Sequence record: PQ471516.1
Length of the DNA: 64,000 bases
Strand: one strand, 5' to 3'
Shown here one piece after another: positions 18,924 to 33,922 of this stretch (positions are counted from its first letter, which is position 1; each line of letters starts with the position of its first letter). The notes under the pieces are model-generated. The model searched no databases. It was not told the origin of the DNA and worked only from the letters and a program-made list of their open reading frames with translations. A program made the position numbers and the translations under genes.

Positions 18924-20642
18924 ATGAGCATAAGTTTTAATAACCCATTAGATACTATGACCAGTACTGGTGGTAACGGGTCATTGGAACTAATAGTGCT
19001 TGGTGGTACACCAACTAACCCAAGACCTATCCGTTTCAATTCATCATCAGTCATCATTCCAGTACAGACTTTACCAGCGGGTGAAGCGGGTGCATTAGTA
19101 TTTGACCGAACTGAAGCAGTACTGAAATATCATAACGGTACTAGCTGGATTGCAGTATATGACACTGATACAATTCTTGAACCAATTCGTTTATCTTTAG
19201 ATGAAGTAAACAGAAAATTAAATTTAAAAGTAGAAACTGTTTCTTATAGTAGTGGTTCTGTACCAACTGCAAGTATCAGTGGTACGAACCTGAATATCGT
19301 ATTCCCACTTCCTTCATCTTCTGGTGGTTCTGGTCCAACTGGTCTATACACTTCAATGAAGCCTGGAGCAATTACACAATATTCCTTGACTTCTGGACAA
19401 TCTGTTAGTAGTATACGTGAACAGATGTCAGGTGTTAGTGGAGGACAAAATGGTAGAAACGGTTCACAGAGTTCACCTTGGAAAACTTCTGATGGTTGGT
19501 GTTTTGCTGACGGAATGTGGTGGACATGGGCTGGTGATAGTGGTACAGTAACTAAACAAGTACCGAACCTTAACCAGAACGCTTACTTGAAGGGCATTAC
19601 TACAAGTGGTGTAACCAAAACCGACTCCGTTATTGGTGGTGGTGCAACAATTGGTAGTACTGCATTATCAGTAGCACAGATACCAGCATTACAATTTAGT
19701 TTCAGTGGAACAACTGGTGGTGGTGGTCGTCACAGCCATAGTCAAGCACTAAAAGGTATGGATAGAAGTGGTCTAAACGCCTTGACATCCAGTAACGATA
19801 ATGGTATACCTACAGTCATTAGTAACATTAACGAAGCTCCTGACCACGTTCACAGCTTCAGTGGCGTAACAAACTGGCAAGGTGGTGGTCAAGGTCACTC
19901 ACATGGAATTTCCAACGTTGACACAAACCACTTTAATGTGGCATACTTATACAACATTGCAGAATCCAACGTTGCATTAAGTGAAACAGTAGCTAACTCT
20001 CGTTATGTACTGAAAACTGGTGATACAATGTCTGGTGCGTTGTCTATTGCGAACAGTGCAACTATTCGTTCTGATGACACCTCATTAGTACTGTACTTCC
20101 GTAACAAAGCCGGAACAACAGAGCGTGCTGCAATTTATCATAGTTCATCTAACAACACATTACGACTAAGAAGTAACGGCGGTACTGAAGTTTCCATCAA
20201 TAGTAGTGGTTTATTAACAACGCCGTCATTGATAGTATCAAACAACAGTGCAACGGTGGGTGGTAAAAACATAGTCCGTAGTATTAATGGTACAGCGGCT
20301 GATGGAAACGGAAACGTTACTATTTCTACAACAAATACATCTGCGTCTCTTGCACAAAATGGATGGTATAAAGATGAAAATACTGGTATGATTACCCAGT
20401 GGGGATACATAAGTTTAGGTGATGATACTTATATAACCGTAAACTTACCAATACCATTCCCTAATGCATGTTTGAACTTACAAGTTACTGGTAGAGTTTC
20501 ACAAGCTCCAGGAAACCGAACTGCATTTTCTGGACATGGAAATATTTTAAGTAGAACCCAAATTGCAGTAGGTGCTTCTAACCCTGGAAGTGATCAAGAC
20601 CACCACGGTTTGGGTGTGTACTGGTCTGCGACTGGTTACTAA
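18924..20642 (+). CDS. Tail fibre / short fibre protein
   Basis: G/S/T-rich, HxH metal-binding motifs (RHSHS, DHVHS, GHSHG), YVLKTGDTMSG repeat, C-terminal NGWYKD..TG.I.QWG domain. Confidence 0.8.
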   Translation: MSISFNNPLDTMTSTGGNGSLELIVLGGTPTNPRPIRFNSSSVIIPVQTLPAGEAGALVFDRTEAVLKYHNGTSWIAVYDTDTILEPIRLSLDEVNRKLNLKVETVSYSSGSVPTASISGTNLNIVFPLPSSSGGSGPTGLYTSMKPGAITQYSLTSGQSVSSIREQMSGVSGGQNGRNGSQSSPWKTSDGWCFADGMWWTWAGDSGTVTKQVPNLNQNAYLKGITTSGVTKTDSVIGGGATIGSTALSVAQIPALQFSFSGTTGGGGRHSHSQALKGMDRSGLNALTSSNDNGIPTVISNINEAPDHVHSFSGVTNWQGGGQGHSHGISNVDTNHFNVAYLYNIAESNVALSETVANSRYVLKTGDTMSGALSIANSATIRSDDTSLVLYFRNKAGTTERAAIYHSSSNNTLRLRSNGGTEVSINSSGLLTTPSLIVSNNSATVGGKNIVRSINGTAADGNGNVTISTTNTSASLAQNGWYKDENTGMITQWGYISLGDDTYITVNLPIPFPNACLNLQVTGRVSQAPGNRTAFSGHGNILSRTQIAVGASNPGSDQDHHGLGVYWSATGY

Positions 20643-20654
20643 GTTTAAAAACTT

Positions 20655-20683
20655 TGGAACAAACCAAAAAGCAGTGATACAAT
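20655..20683 (+). promoter_or_regulatory. Promoter TGGAACA-N16-TACAAT
   Basis: Class member upstream of dsbA-like gene and gp43. Confidence 0.65.
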
Positions 20684-20684
20684 A

Positions 20685-20720
20685 AAGACAACCTCATAAT
20701 AACGGGTTGTCTTATTTTTT
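20685..20720 (+). terminator. Intrinsic terminator after the tail fibre gene
   Basis: aagacaacc/ggttgtctt stem plus T tract. Confidence 0.65.
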
Positions 20721-20747
20721 CTAAAAACAAAATGGAGATATACACAA

Positions 20748-21047
20748 ATGGCTAAAGCAAATAAAGAAGTTAAAGTTGAAATCCGTGACCTAAACGACGA
20801 ACAACGTAAACGTCTAGGTGATGCACTGTCTAACGCAGTAGTCCAACTTACTTACATTGATGATCTACGTGCATCATTCACTGATTTCATCAAATCAACT
20901 TCTGATGAACTAGGCATTGACGCAGCAGATATCAAACAAGCTGCACAACGTATCTATAAAGGCGATTACTTCGATAAGCAAAACAAGCTAGACAATATTG
21001 AAACTATTCTAAGTGTAACCAACAACCTACCACAAGCTGACGATTAA
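20748..21047 (+). CDS. dsbA: dsDNA-binding protein, T4 DsbA-like
   Basis: Size and pattern IK...DELGID...IK.....YK resemble T4 DsbA. Confidence 0.6.
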   Translation: MAKANKEVKVEIRDLNDEQRKRLGDALSNAVVQLTYIDDLRASFTDFIKSTSDELGIDAADIKQAAQRIYKGDYFDKQNKLDNIETILSVTNNLPQADD

Positions 21048-21070
21048 TAAGTACTACAAACTATTCTTTT

Positions 21071-21098
21071 AGCCTCCAATGACGGAGGCTTTATTTTT
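21071..21098 (+). terminator. Intrinsic terminator/attenuator before gp43
   Basis: agcctcc-aatgac-ggaggct then T-rich tract. Confidence 0.65.
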
Positions 21099-21128
21099 AA
21101 CTTAATACAATGTAAAGGAATACGAACG

Positions 21129-24100
21129 ATGTATATCGATGCTTATATGGAACGTAAACGTACTGGTGATATCTTACACGTAGCAGAGCGTAAGAAAGGC
21201 AAACGCATTCTGCGTGAAGTTGACCCAGTATATGAGTATTTTGTAGAGTCGCCACTAGGTACTCATAAAACCGTCTATGGTACAATGGCACAACATCTTG
21301 AGTTCAGTTCTCAATCGCAGATGAACAAGAGTGTTGAGCAGCATAAACTTGAAGGTCTACGTATCTTTGAGAGTGATTGTAACATTACGTTTAAAACCTT
21401 GGCTAAAGAGTACATGGGTAAAGAATCACCAGAACTTAATATTATGTTCTTCGATATCGAGACGGATTTTCATAAGAAGTTTGGTTATGCACCTCCGTCT
21501 GACCCATTCAACCGTGTAACTGCTATTTCTTTGTATCAATCATGGACTGGTAAGGATTATGTACTGACTCTACCACCTGCTGATATGGAATTAGTTGAAG
21601 CACAAGATATTGTAACTCGTTTGAACCAAGAAACTGATGATCCAAACAGCATTGTAATTCTCTATACTGACGAGAAAGATATGTTCATGGAATTCTTCAG
21701 TCTAATGGATGATGCCGATGTAATCTCTGGCTGGAACAGTGAGTTCTTTGATATTCCATACATGATTAACCGTACTCGTAAAATCTTCAATGAAGCGATG
21801 ACGGCTCGTTGGTGCTTGTGGAATAAGAAACCATCACAGCGTGAAGCAGATAACTTTGGAAAAACTGTAATCACATATGATTTGGTTGGTCGTGTTCACC
21901 TTGACTACCTTGCACTGTACAAGAAACACGCAGGACAAGTTGAGCAGTCTTACAAGCTAGATGATATTGCTGAAAAAGTAACTAAAGAGAAGAAAGTAGC
22001 ATATGAAGGTTCATTGGATAAATTATACCGTGAAGACTACATTACTTTCTTACGTTATTCTAAGCAGGATAGTATCTTACTTAAAAAGATTGATGCTAAA
22101 CAGGACTATATCAACCTGCATAACCGACTGGCACATAAAGAGTGCGTACTGATTAGTACTACAATGGGTTCTGTAGCACTGATTGATACTGCTATTATCA
22201 ACCTAGCACACAGTCGTGGTGAAGTAGTTTTCAACAAAGCACCTAAAGAAGACTTTGAAGTAGATCCAGAAATGGAGTACTATGAAGATGAAGAAGGTGA
22301 AGAAGGTGATGAAAAGATTAGTGCAAAAGCTGCTGGTGCATGGGTACAAGATCCAGTACTGGGTATTGTGGATTGGTTAGGATGTACTGACTTTAACTCC
22401 CTATATCCAACCGTATTGCGTACACTAGGCATGAGTACTGAATGTATTATAGGTCAGTTGCGTCAGGATTACACTGAAGCGTATTTGGCTGCTAAGGTAC
22501 AAGAGCAGAAAGCAAAATCTAAATCTAAATCTTTTGAACCAGACTGGACGGCAGCATGGCATGGTCTATTTGCAGCAGTTGAGTTTACAATGGTGCATGA
22601 GAAATCCGAAGAAAACATTATTGTTGATTTGGAAGATGGTAGTTCGTTCAACGCAACTGGTAAAGAACTATATGACATTATCTTTGCAGAAGACAGTACT
22701 ATTGTACTAAGTGCAAACGGAACACTATTTGATAAGACAAAGTATGGTGTAATTCCAGAAATTCTAACTCAATGGTATTCTGAACGTAAAGCACAACAGA
22801 AAATGGTAATCGATTATAAGCATATGTATACTGATGGTTGGGAACTTCCACAACCTGCGACAGTTGAAGAACTTCTAAAGAACTTCACTCCAGGAACTAT
22901 GCATCGTACTAACCTACATGAAGATGATCCAATTTACCTATTACGTCTTGCAATTGTTGCAGAAGAATGGGATAATGTTGCGAAGCTTATTGTAGAGAAT
23001 GGAATTGAATTGAAAGATGGTCGTATCTTCTGTTCTAAAGGGGATAAATCATACTTCAAACAACAAAGTGCATTCTGGAAACAGAACCAACAGATTCGTA
23101 AGATTCTTCTAAACAGTCTGTACGGTGCACTACTGAACAAAGGCTCACGTTTCTTTGATAAGCGTTTAGGTCAGTCTGTAACATTGACTGGTCGTTCCAT
23201 GACTAAACACATGGCAAGCCGCATCAATGAAATCACAACTGGTGTTTACAATCACCAAGGTGGTGTGGTAATATATGGTGATACTGACTCCGTATATTTC
23301 AGTGTAGCTCATTACTTCAAAGAACAAAACATTCCATTCGACTTGACTAAAGAAGAAGTCGTTGATATGTACGTTAAAATTGGTGATGAAGTTGGTGAAT
23401 CATTCCCTGAGTTCATGGACGAGAAATTTAACACTGGTATTGAGAAAGGACGCATTGTTGGTGCAGACCTTGAGATGGTCGGTTCCCGTGGTCTATTCTT
23501 GAAGAAAAAGCGTTATGCTATTCTTAAGTACTGGGAAGATGGTTTCCGTAAAGACATTGATGGACAGCCTGGTGAGATTAAGGCGATGGGTCTTGAAATT
23601 AAACGTTCAGACACACCAAAATACATCCAGAACTTCCTACAGGAGACGCTAATTGCGTTGCTGGTGGGTGAGGATGAAGTCCAGCTAAAACAGCGTGTAC
23701 GTGACTTTAAGAGCGTATTTAAAGACATGCCAGTACACCTTAAGGGTTCACCGAGAACCGTTAAGAACTACACTAACCTAGAAGCGGAATATGCAACTAC
23801 TGGTAAGTGTAAAGTTGGACACGTACTAGCGGGTATCCAATGGAACCGTCTACGTGATGCATTCGAAGACAAGTCTGTACCGGAAGTAACTGATGGTACG
23901 AAAGTTATCGTATGTAACTTGAAAGATAACCCAATGGGTATTAAAGCAGTTGGTTATCCAATCGATTGTGCTGAGTATCTTCCAGAATGGTTCTTAGAAC
24001 TACCATTCGATGAAGAGAAAATGGAAGAAATCGTTCTAACTAAAAAGTTAGATAACATTTTTGGTATTCTTGATATGGATATTGGTATTCACGAGAAGAG

Positions 24101-24137
24101 TACTGCTGCATTGAACAACGGATTTTTCACATGGTAA
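21129..24137 (+). CDS. 43: Family B DNA polymerase gp43
   Basis: ExoI FFDIETD, ExoII GWNSEFFDIPY, motif A DFNSLYP, motif B KILLNSLYG, motif C YGDTDS. Confidence 0.97.
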   Translation: MYIDAYMERKRTGDILHVAERKKGKRILREVDPVYEYFVESPLGTHKTVYGTMAQHLEFSSQSQMNKSVEQHKLEGLRIFESDCNITFKTLAKEYMGKESPELNIMFFDIETDFHKKFGYAPPSDPFNRVTAISLYQSWTGKDYVLTLPPADMELVEAQDIVTRLNQETDDPNSIVILYTDEKDMFMEFFSLMDDADVISGWNSEFFDIPYMINRTRKIFNEAMTARWCLWNKKPSQREADNFGKTVITYDLVGRVHLDYLALYKKHAGQVEQSYKLDDIAEKVTKEKKVAYEGSLDKLYREDYITFLRYSKQDSILLKKIDAKQDYINLHNRLAHKECVLISTTMGSVALIDTAIINLAHSRGEVVFNKAPKEDFEVDPEMEYYEDEEGEEGDEKISAKAAGAWVQDPVLGIVDWLGCTDFNSLYPTVLRTLGMSTECIIGQLRQDYTEAYLAAKVQEQKAKSKSKSFEPDWTAAWHGLFAAVEFTMVHEKSEENIIVDLEDGSSFNATGKELYDIIFAEDSTIVLSANGTLFDKTKYGVIPEILTQWYSERKAQQKMVIDYKHMYTDGWELPQPATVEELLKNFTPGTMHRTNLHEDDPIYLLRLAIVAEEWDNVAKLIVENGIELKDGRIFCSKGDKSYFKQQSAFWKQNQQIRKILLNSLYGALLNKGSRFFDKRLGQSVTLTGRSMTKHMASRINEITTGVYNHQGGVVIYGDTDSVYFSVAHYFKEQNIPFDLTKEEVVDMYVKIGDEVGESFPEFMDEKFNTGIEKGRIVGADLEMVGSRGLFLKKKRYAILKYWEDGFRKDIDGQPGEIKAMGLEIKRSDTPKYIQNFLQETLIALLVGEDEVQLKQRVRDFKSVFKDMPVHLKGSPRTVKNYTNLEAEYATTGKCKVGHVLAGIQWNRLRDAFEDKSVPEVTDGTKVIVCNLKDNPMGIKAVGYPIDCAEYLPEWFLELPFDEEKMEEIVLTKKLDNIFGILDMDIGIHEKSTAALNNGFFTW

Positions 24138-24149
24138 GGAGTTGTACAG

Positions 24150-24293
24150 ATGGTAAATCACGATATTGAAATGATCTTAGATGAAGTAAACGATACATTC
24201 TTCAATGTAACTTTAGAGTTCACAGAAGAGGGTTTAGAAGACGCTTGGGCTGCTTATGTTGAATATGCAGCAACATATGGGGACAACCAATGA
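24150..24293 (+). CDS. Small acidic protein (47 aa, below ORF-track cutoff)
   Basis: AAGGAG RBS, MVNHDIEMILDEVNDTFF...YGDNQ, ATGA overlap with next gene. Confidence 0.6.
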   Translation: MVNHDIEMILDEVNDTFFNVTLEFTEEGLEDAWAAYVEYAATYGDNQ

Positions 24294-24595
24294 AAAACAT
24301 TTACACACGTATTGGTGAAGTACTGGATAACATTTCAGTTGATTCAGTACTGGCATACAACAATGACGAAGAAGAAGTTCTAAAAGGTGCGGGTTTTACC
24401 CGTACTGGTTCAGTTACAATCGATGATGAAATCGTTGATGTGTACAAACGTATTGAAAAACGTAATATTGTCGTTATTGATGATAAAGGCTGGACATTAA
24501 AAGACCTAGAAAACTTCCGAATTGAGCATCATATTGGTTTAGGTTCCGGTAATGATAACTTTGCTTATCTTGAAAAATGGAACACTAAATTCTAA
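24290..24595 (+). CDS. Hypothetical protein
   Basis: ORF track; translational coupling. Confidence 0.65.
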   Translation: MKNIYTRIGEVLDNISVDSVLAYNNDEEEVLKGAGFTRTGSVTIDDEIVDVYKRIEKRNIVVIDDKGWTLKDLENFRIEHHIGLGSGNDNFAYLEKWNTKF

Positions 24596-24602
24596 AAAAA
24601 AA

Positions 24603-24641
24603 TGAGACAAGCACCAACAACCTGATATAATGGTGCTTGTC
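24603..24641 (+). promoter_or_regulatory. Promoter TGAGACA-N16-TATAAT enclosed in an 11-bp inverted repeat
   Basis: gacaagcacca 24606-24616 / tggtgcttgtc 24631-24641. Confidence 0.7.
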
Positions 24642-24693
24642 GTTATCTGACACAGAAACAAATCTTTCAAAAACAAATAATGGAGAATATATA

Positions 24694-25425
24694 ATGGATC
24701 TACGCAATGTACTACGTGACCTCGTTAACACTACTAGCGGCATCGACTTTACCTGTATCGCAATGAGTAGTGAAGACCGTGGTGATGGACAGCGTGTTTA
24801 CATGGAATCATACACTGAAGACCGTACATTAGTTATGCGTGCATACACTAAAGAGAATGCTCCTGAAGTTCAAGGTCGTTTTGGTCTTGGTAACTTAGGT
24901 CTTCTACAAGGTCTAATGTCTCTAAAAACTTACAGTACTGAAAGCACCACTATCACACCTAATGTTAAAGACGGCGTTATCAAAAGTCTTGCATTTAAGT
25001 CTGATGATGCAAACACTACCTTTATGGTACAAGCTGAAAAACTAATCCCAGCCCAGCCACGTTTCCATGAACAACCATATGACGTACAGGTTACACCTAG
25101 TGCAGCAAAGGTTCAGGAACTAAAAAGCTTCTCTGGTGTGTTTAAATCTTTTAGTTCACTAGTTACTCCTTACACTGAAGGTGACACACTTTACTTCCAC
25201 GTTGGTGAGAAAAACAAAAGCAACCACGTTGGTGCACTAGCGTTCTCTAAAACTGATGGTGAGCTTGGTCTAGGGTTTGGTTATAGCATTGACCGTGTTC
25301 TACAAGCACTAGCCCGTGTTGCTAACTCCGAATCTGTATCTCTTGGTATTACCAAAACTGGTATGCTAAACGTACAAATTGACACTGGTATCGCAGTGTA
25401 CAAATTCTACGTAAATGGTTGCTAA
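24694..25425 (+). CDS. 45: Sliding clamp gp45-like
   Basis: About 243 aa two-domain beta/alpha pattern; FGLGNLGLLQGLMSL resembles gp45 VAIYDLNGFLGILSL; strong codon bias near gp43. Confidence 0.6.
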   Translation: MDLRNVLRDLVNTTSGIDFTCIAMSSEDRGDGQRVYMESYTEDRTLVMRAYTKENAPEVQGRFGLGNLGLLQGLMSLKTYSTESTTITPNVKDGVIKSLAFKSDDANTTFMVQAEKLIPAQPRFHEQPYDVQVTPSAAKVQELKSFSGVFKSFSSLVTPYTEGDTLYFHVGEKNKSNHVGALAFSKTDGELGLGFGYSIDRVLQALARVANSESVSLGITKTGMLNVQIDTGIAVYKFYVNGC

Positions 25426-25435
25426 TATAAATAAC

Positions 25436-25465
25436 GGGGAACATGGAGTTCCCCATAATTTTTTT
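25436..25465 (+). terminator. Intrinsic terminator; late promoter TATAAATA at 25426-25433 just upstream
   Basis: ggggaac-atgga-gttcccc then T tract. Confidence 0.7.
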
Positions 25466-25489
25466 GAATAATAAGTAAAGGAAGACAAA

Positions 25490-25696
25490 ATGCCACTATA
25501 TACATATCGTTGTGAAAAAGAAGAATGCAAACATAGCATGGAAAAAATTGTGAAAATTGCCAATCGTGATACACCACATGATTGTCCAAAATGTAGTGGT
25601 GAACAAACAATGAAACTTGAAGTCTTTACACCAGGCGATAAAGGTGCTAACTTATATTTCCGTGGTAAATGGTTTGCAAACACTGGAGGTTACTGA
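25490..25696 (+). CDS. FmdB-family zinc-ribbon protein
   Basis: MPLYTYRC...C.H..E..........CPKC. Confidence 0.85.
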   Translation: MPLYTYRCEKEECKHSMEKIVKIANRDTPHDCPKCSGEQTMKLEVFTPGDKGANLYFRGKWFANTGGY

Positions 25697-25697
25697 T

Positions 25698-25997
25698 ATG
25701 AAAATTAAAATGCAGAATGATTATGTACTGGTTCGTCAGATTGAAGCACAGAACAAAAGTAATGGCGGTATTATCCTCGGTAACGTTGAACCACCTTGTG
25801 TTGGTATGGTAATCTCCGTTGGGCCAGGTAAAGTACTACCAAATGGTCAAATTGCAGAACACAACATTAACGTTGGCGACATGATTGTTTTTGGTCGTTC
25901 ATCTCTAAATACTCCGATCACCGAAGATTTAGGTGGTGGTGAAGATACGTATTACGTAATGAAAATTGAAGAGATTTTTGGTAAGAAACATGGCTAA
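25698..25997 (+). CDS. groES: Co-chaperonin GroES
   Basis: DYVLVR......GGIIL....G.V.SVGPG..L.NG.....INVGD..VF; start ATG 25698 after GGAGG. Confidence 0.9.
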   Translation: MKIKMQNDYVLVRQIEAQNKSNGGIILGNVEPPCVGMVISVGPGKVLPNGQIAEHNINVGDMIVFGRSSLNTPITEDLGGGEDTYYVMKIEEIFGKKHG

Positions 25998-26715
25998 AAA
26001 AAGATACTTGCCTTTCTGTCTAGTCCCTGCTCATTGGGGACTTTCAGGGAAAGCAAAAGAGATTGCAAAAGCATACTATTACAACGATGATTATGAAGCA
26101 GATATTATAGTTGCAGAACTTACATATCTTACTCCATATGAAGTTGAAAAGGCTCAATTGGATATCAAGAAGAAGTATGGAGTTATCTCCGATGCACTTG
26201 AGTATCTAATTGCAATTGCTGATTTAGATTTAAAATACTCAAAGATTACTCGTGATGAATATAATGTAAAGATACTTGATGCAAAATTAAGTACTGAAGC
26301 AATCACTAAACAAGAGTATGATCTTGAGATTATCGAACTAATGCCAGATAGTGATGATAAGTTATTAAAAACTATTGAGTACGCATATAGTTATGGTGAA
26401 ATTACTCAACAAGAGTATTCTAAGGAAATCTTTACTTTACGTAAAGAACCTTGGATTGATTTGGACGTAATTCTGAATGATTCAAATGAAGTAGAATTTA
26501 TATTTGATTATAATGAATACTTCGTTAAGAAACTAAAAGATGAAGGTCATCCAGGAAATGATGAAGAAGAACTAATTGATAACTTTATTCGTGACTTGGG
26601 TCGCAAATTAGCAACTGACGAGTTTAGTGATAACTATGACGTAAAGCTAGTAGCCGAGAACGAGGGGATCGAGAACCTACCTGGTTTACCTGACGGCTTT
26701 AAAAGATACAAATAA
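25990..26715 (+). CDS. Hypothetical protein with SHOCT-like IT..EY repeats
   Basis: KITRDEY, AITKQEY, EITQQEY. Confidence 0.65.
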   Translation: MAKKRYLPFCLVPAHWGLSGKAKEIAKAYYYNDDYEADIIVAELTYLTPYEVEKAQLDIKKKYGVISDALEYLIAIADLDLKYSKITRDEYNVKILDAKLSTEAITKQEYDLEIIELMPDSDDKLLKTIEYAYSYGEITQQEYSKEIFTLRKEPWIDLDVILNDSNEVEFIFDYNEYFVKKLKDEGHPGNDEEELIDNFIRDLGRKLATDEFSDNYDVKLVAENEGIENLPGLPDGFKRYK

Positions 26716-26745
26716 AAAAAAAGGAGAGCAAAAATGCTCTCCTTT
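26713..26745. terminator. Bidirectional terminator
   Basis: A8-ggagagca-aaaa-tgctctcc-tttt between convergent genes. Confidence 0.8.
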
Positions 26746-26761
26746 TCTTGTATATAAATTA

Positions 26762-27439
26762 TTAAACCATAGGTGGGATAAATTTGAATAGTTTGATACC
26801 GAAATCGCCAGCAGCATCAGCAGCTTTGGAATTCAGAACAACTTCAGTTACGCCATCTTTAGCTAGTAGTGGAACCATAGTTAGATCGTCAATTAGTAGA
26901 CGGCCTTCTTCGATATCAGTACTTGGAACGCCTTGGAAAGATTGAATATCTTTATCAAACACGTTAGCACGTTCAACTAGGAAAGTAACTACGGAAGCAC
27001 TAGGAATTGAAACAGCACCAACATTCATCACACCATCAGCAGCGTTGGTAAAATCAGTAACTGCTAGGTCTGCACCGATTTGGGAAGTAGCGATGATTAC
27101 AGCACGTTGTTGAACAACATCAACGATACGTTTAACGTTGGTTTGTGCAGCATAAGAAGCATTATAATCAGCTTCTAGGGTTGCAACTTCAAATGGAGTA
27201 CCATCGATACGGATGATACCTTTTTCGTTTAGGTAAACAACGATATCTTCAGCGATATCAGAGTTTAGGAAACGTTGTAGCCCAGCGAAAGAAGCAACTG
27301 CACCAGTAACTAGTACGTTAACATCACCTAGTTTACTAACAGCGATAGATGCTAGGGCGTTTTTACCACAGAAGTAACCTAGAACGCTTTCATAGGAAAA
27401 ACCATTGATACGTTCAAAAGTAGTATTAGTATTAGACAT
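26762..27439 (-). CDS. Abundant virion structural protein (paralogue A)
   Basis: Very strong codon bias; shares QRAV..TS and TF..ER..VFDK with neighbour. Confidence 0.65.
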   Translation of the reverse strand: MSNTNTTFERINGFSYESVLGYFCGKNALASIAVSKLGDVNVLVTGAVASFAGLQRFLNSDIAEDIVVYLNEKGIIRIDGTPFEVATLEADYNASYAAQTNVKRIVDVVQQRAVIIATSQIGADLAVTDFTNAADGVMNVGAVSIPSASVVTFLVERANVFDKDIQSFQGVPSTDIEEGRLLIDDLTMVPLLAKDGVTEVVLNSKAADAAGDFGIKLFKFIPPMV

Positions 27440-27454
27440 AGTAATGTTCTCCTA

Positions 27455-28054
27455 TTATAGTTGTACTGGAAGTGCAGCACGTACTTTAATAGCAACAGCA
27501 GTAGAAGCAGCCGCATCACCAACACCATCAGTACCAACTGCTTGGTAAGTTTTGGTACGGAAGAATTTAGCTTGAGCAATAGACTTAGCTAGTTCTACGG
27601 TTGGATCAACTGGAACAGAGTAAGCAGCACCAGGACGAACTTCTTGCTTGTCAAATACGTCTTGACGTTCACAAATGAAGGTTAGAGCAACAGAGTTAGC
27701 ACCACCAGTAACATCAGCACCACTAGTACCGAATGCGATTACGTTACCACCAACGGTTTTGAAATCACTAGGAATAACAACTTCAGTATCTAGAGCTAGA
27801 ACAGAAGTGGTAACTAGAACAGCACGTTGTTGTAGTAGTTGGGTGATCATGAATTGGTTGTATTGGGCATTACTGATTGCAGTTTGTAGTGCTTCGTCTT
27901 GAACATCAGAACCATCGGAAGTAACTTTAGTAGTACCAACTTCAACGTCAGTTGGAAGATTTACAACGATAGTTACGAAACCGTTGTTACCACCCCAGTA
28001 CTCACGACCAGTAGCAGACATACCATAGTTACGGTTAAAAGAATTAAGACTCAT
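27455..28054 (-). CDS. Abundant virion structural protein (paralogue B)
   Basis: As above; two tandem late promoters upstream. Confidence 0.65.
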   Translation of the reverse strand: MSLNSFNRNYGMSATGREYWGGNNGFVTIVVNLPTDVEVGTTKVTSDGSDVQDEALQTAISNAQYNQFMITQLLQQRAVLVTTSVLALDTEVVIPSDFKTVGGNVIAFGTSGADVTGGANSVALTFICERQDVFDKQEVRPGAAYSVPVDPTVELAKSIAQAKFFRTKTYQAVGTDGVGDAAASTAVAIKVRAALPVQL

Positions 28055-28095
28055 AAAAATCTCCTTGTCAAATTTTGTGCAGGATTCTCCTGCTT

Positions 28096-28172
28096 GATAT
28101 TATTTATCAAAAATTATCCAGTGGCATTTAAAAATAACTGAATTACCCTTGACTCTATGATATTATTTATCA
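28096..28172 (-). promoter_or_regulatory. Two identical late promoters TGATAAATAATATC
   Basis: gatattatttatca at 28096-28109 and 28159-28172. Confidence 0.75.
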
Positions 28173-28176
28173 TTTC

Positions 28177-28205
28177 TGGGACAGCAGCTAAAGATGTGCT
28201 ACAAT
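28177..28205 (+). promoter_or_regulatory. Promoter TGGGACA-N16-TACAAT
   Basis: Class member, divergent from the late pair. Confidence 0.65.
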
Positions 28206-28239
28206 TATTAACGAAATACAAAGAAAACGGAGATTTCAT

Positions 28240-28470
28240 ATGCATTACACATTCAAACAAATGAAAAGGGGGTCGTATTTTGGGCATGTTGACGACAACC
28301 ATAACATTGTATATAAAAAAACTGGAACATATACATTCGAGGATGCTAGAACTGGTGAAGAGTTTAATATCAAACACACATGGCCTAAATTATACGACAA
28401 TGATTATGGTATGTTCTGTCTAGCTGAAGTAGAGATTACCATTAAACATAAATGGCGACCTGAATGGTAA
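28240..28470 (+). CDS. Hypothetical protein
   Basis: GGAG RBS, follows promoter. Confidence 0.6.
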   Translation: MHYTFKQMKRGSYFGHVDDNHNIVYKKTGTYTFEDARTGEEFNIKHTWPKLYDNDYGMFCLAEVEITIKHKWRPEW

Positions 28471-33834
<5,364 letters not shown>

Positions 33835-33922
33835 GATTGTATGATTGCATAAGTCATGGAAGATAATCTAACAAAGAAGCTCAATAACTTTTTGACAAAG
33901 AAACTATAAAGGAATATATAAT

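Noticed and set aside
22780-23100. Long segment in the gp43 fingers before motif B as an intein or insertion element
   Set aside because: No splicing motifs, and T4-type gp43 already has a long, variable finger tip here.
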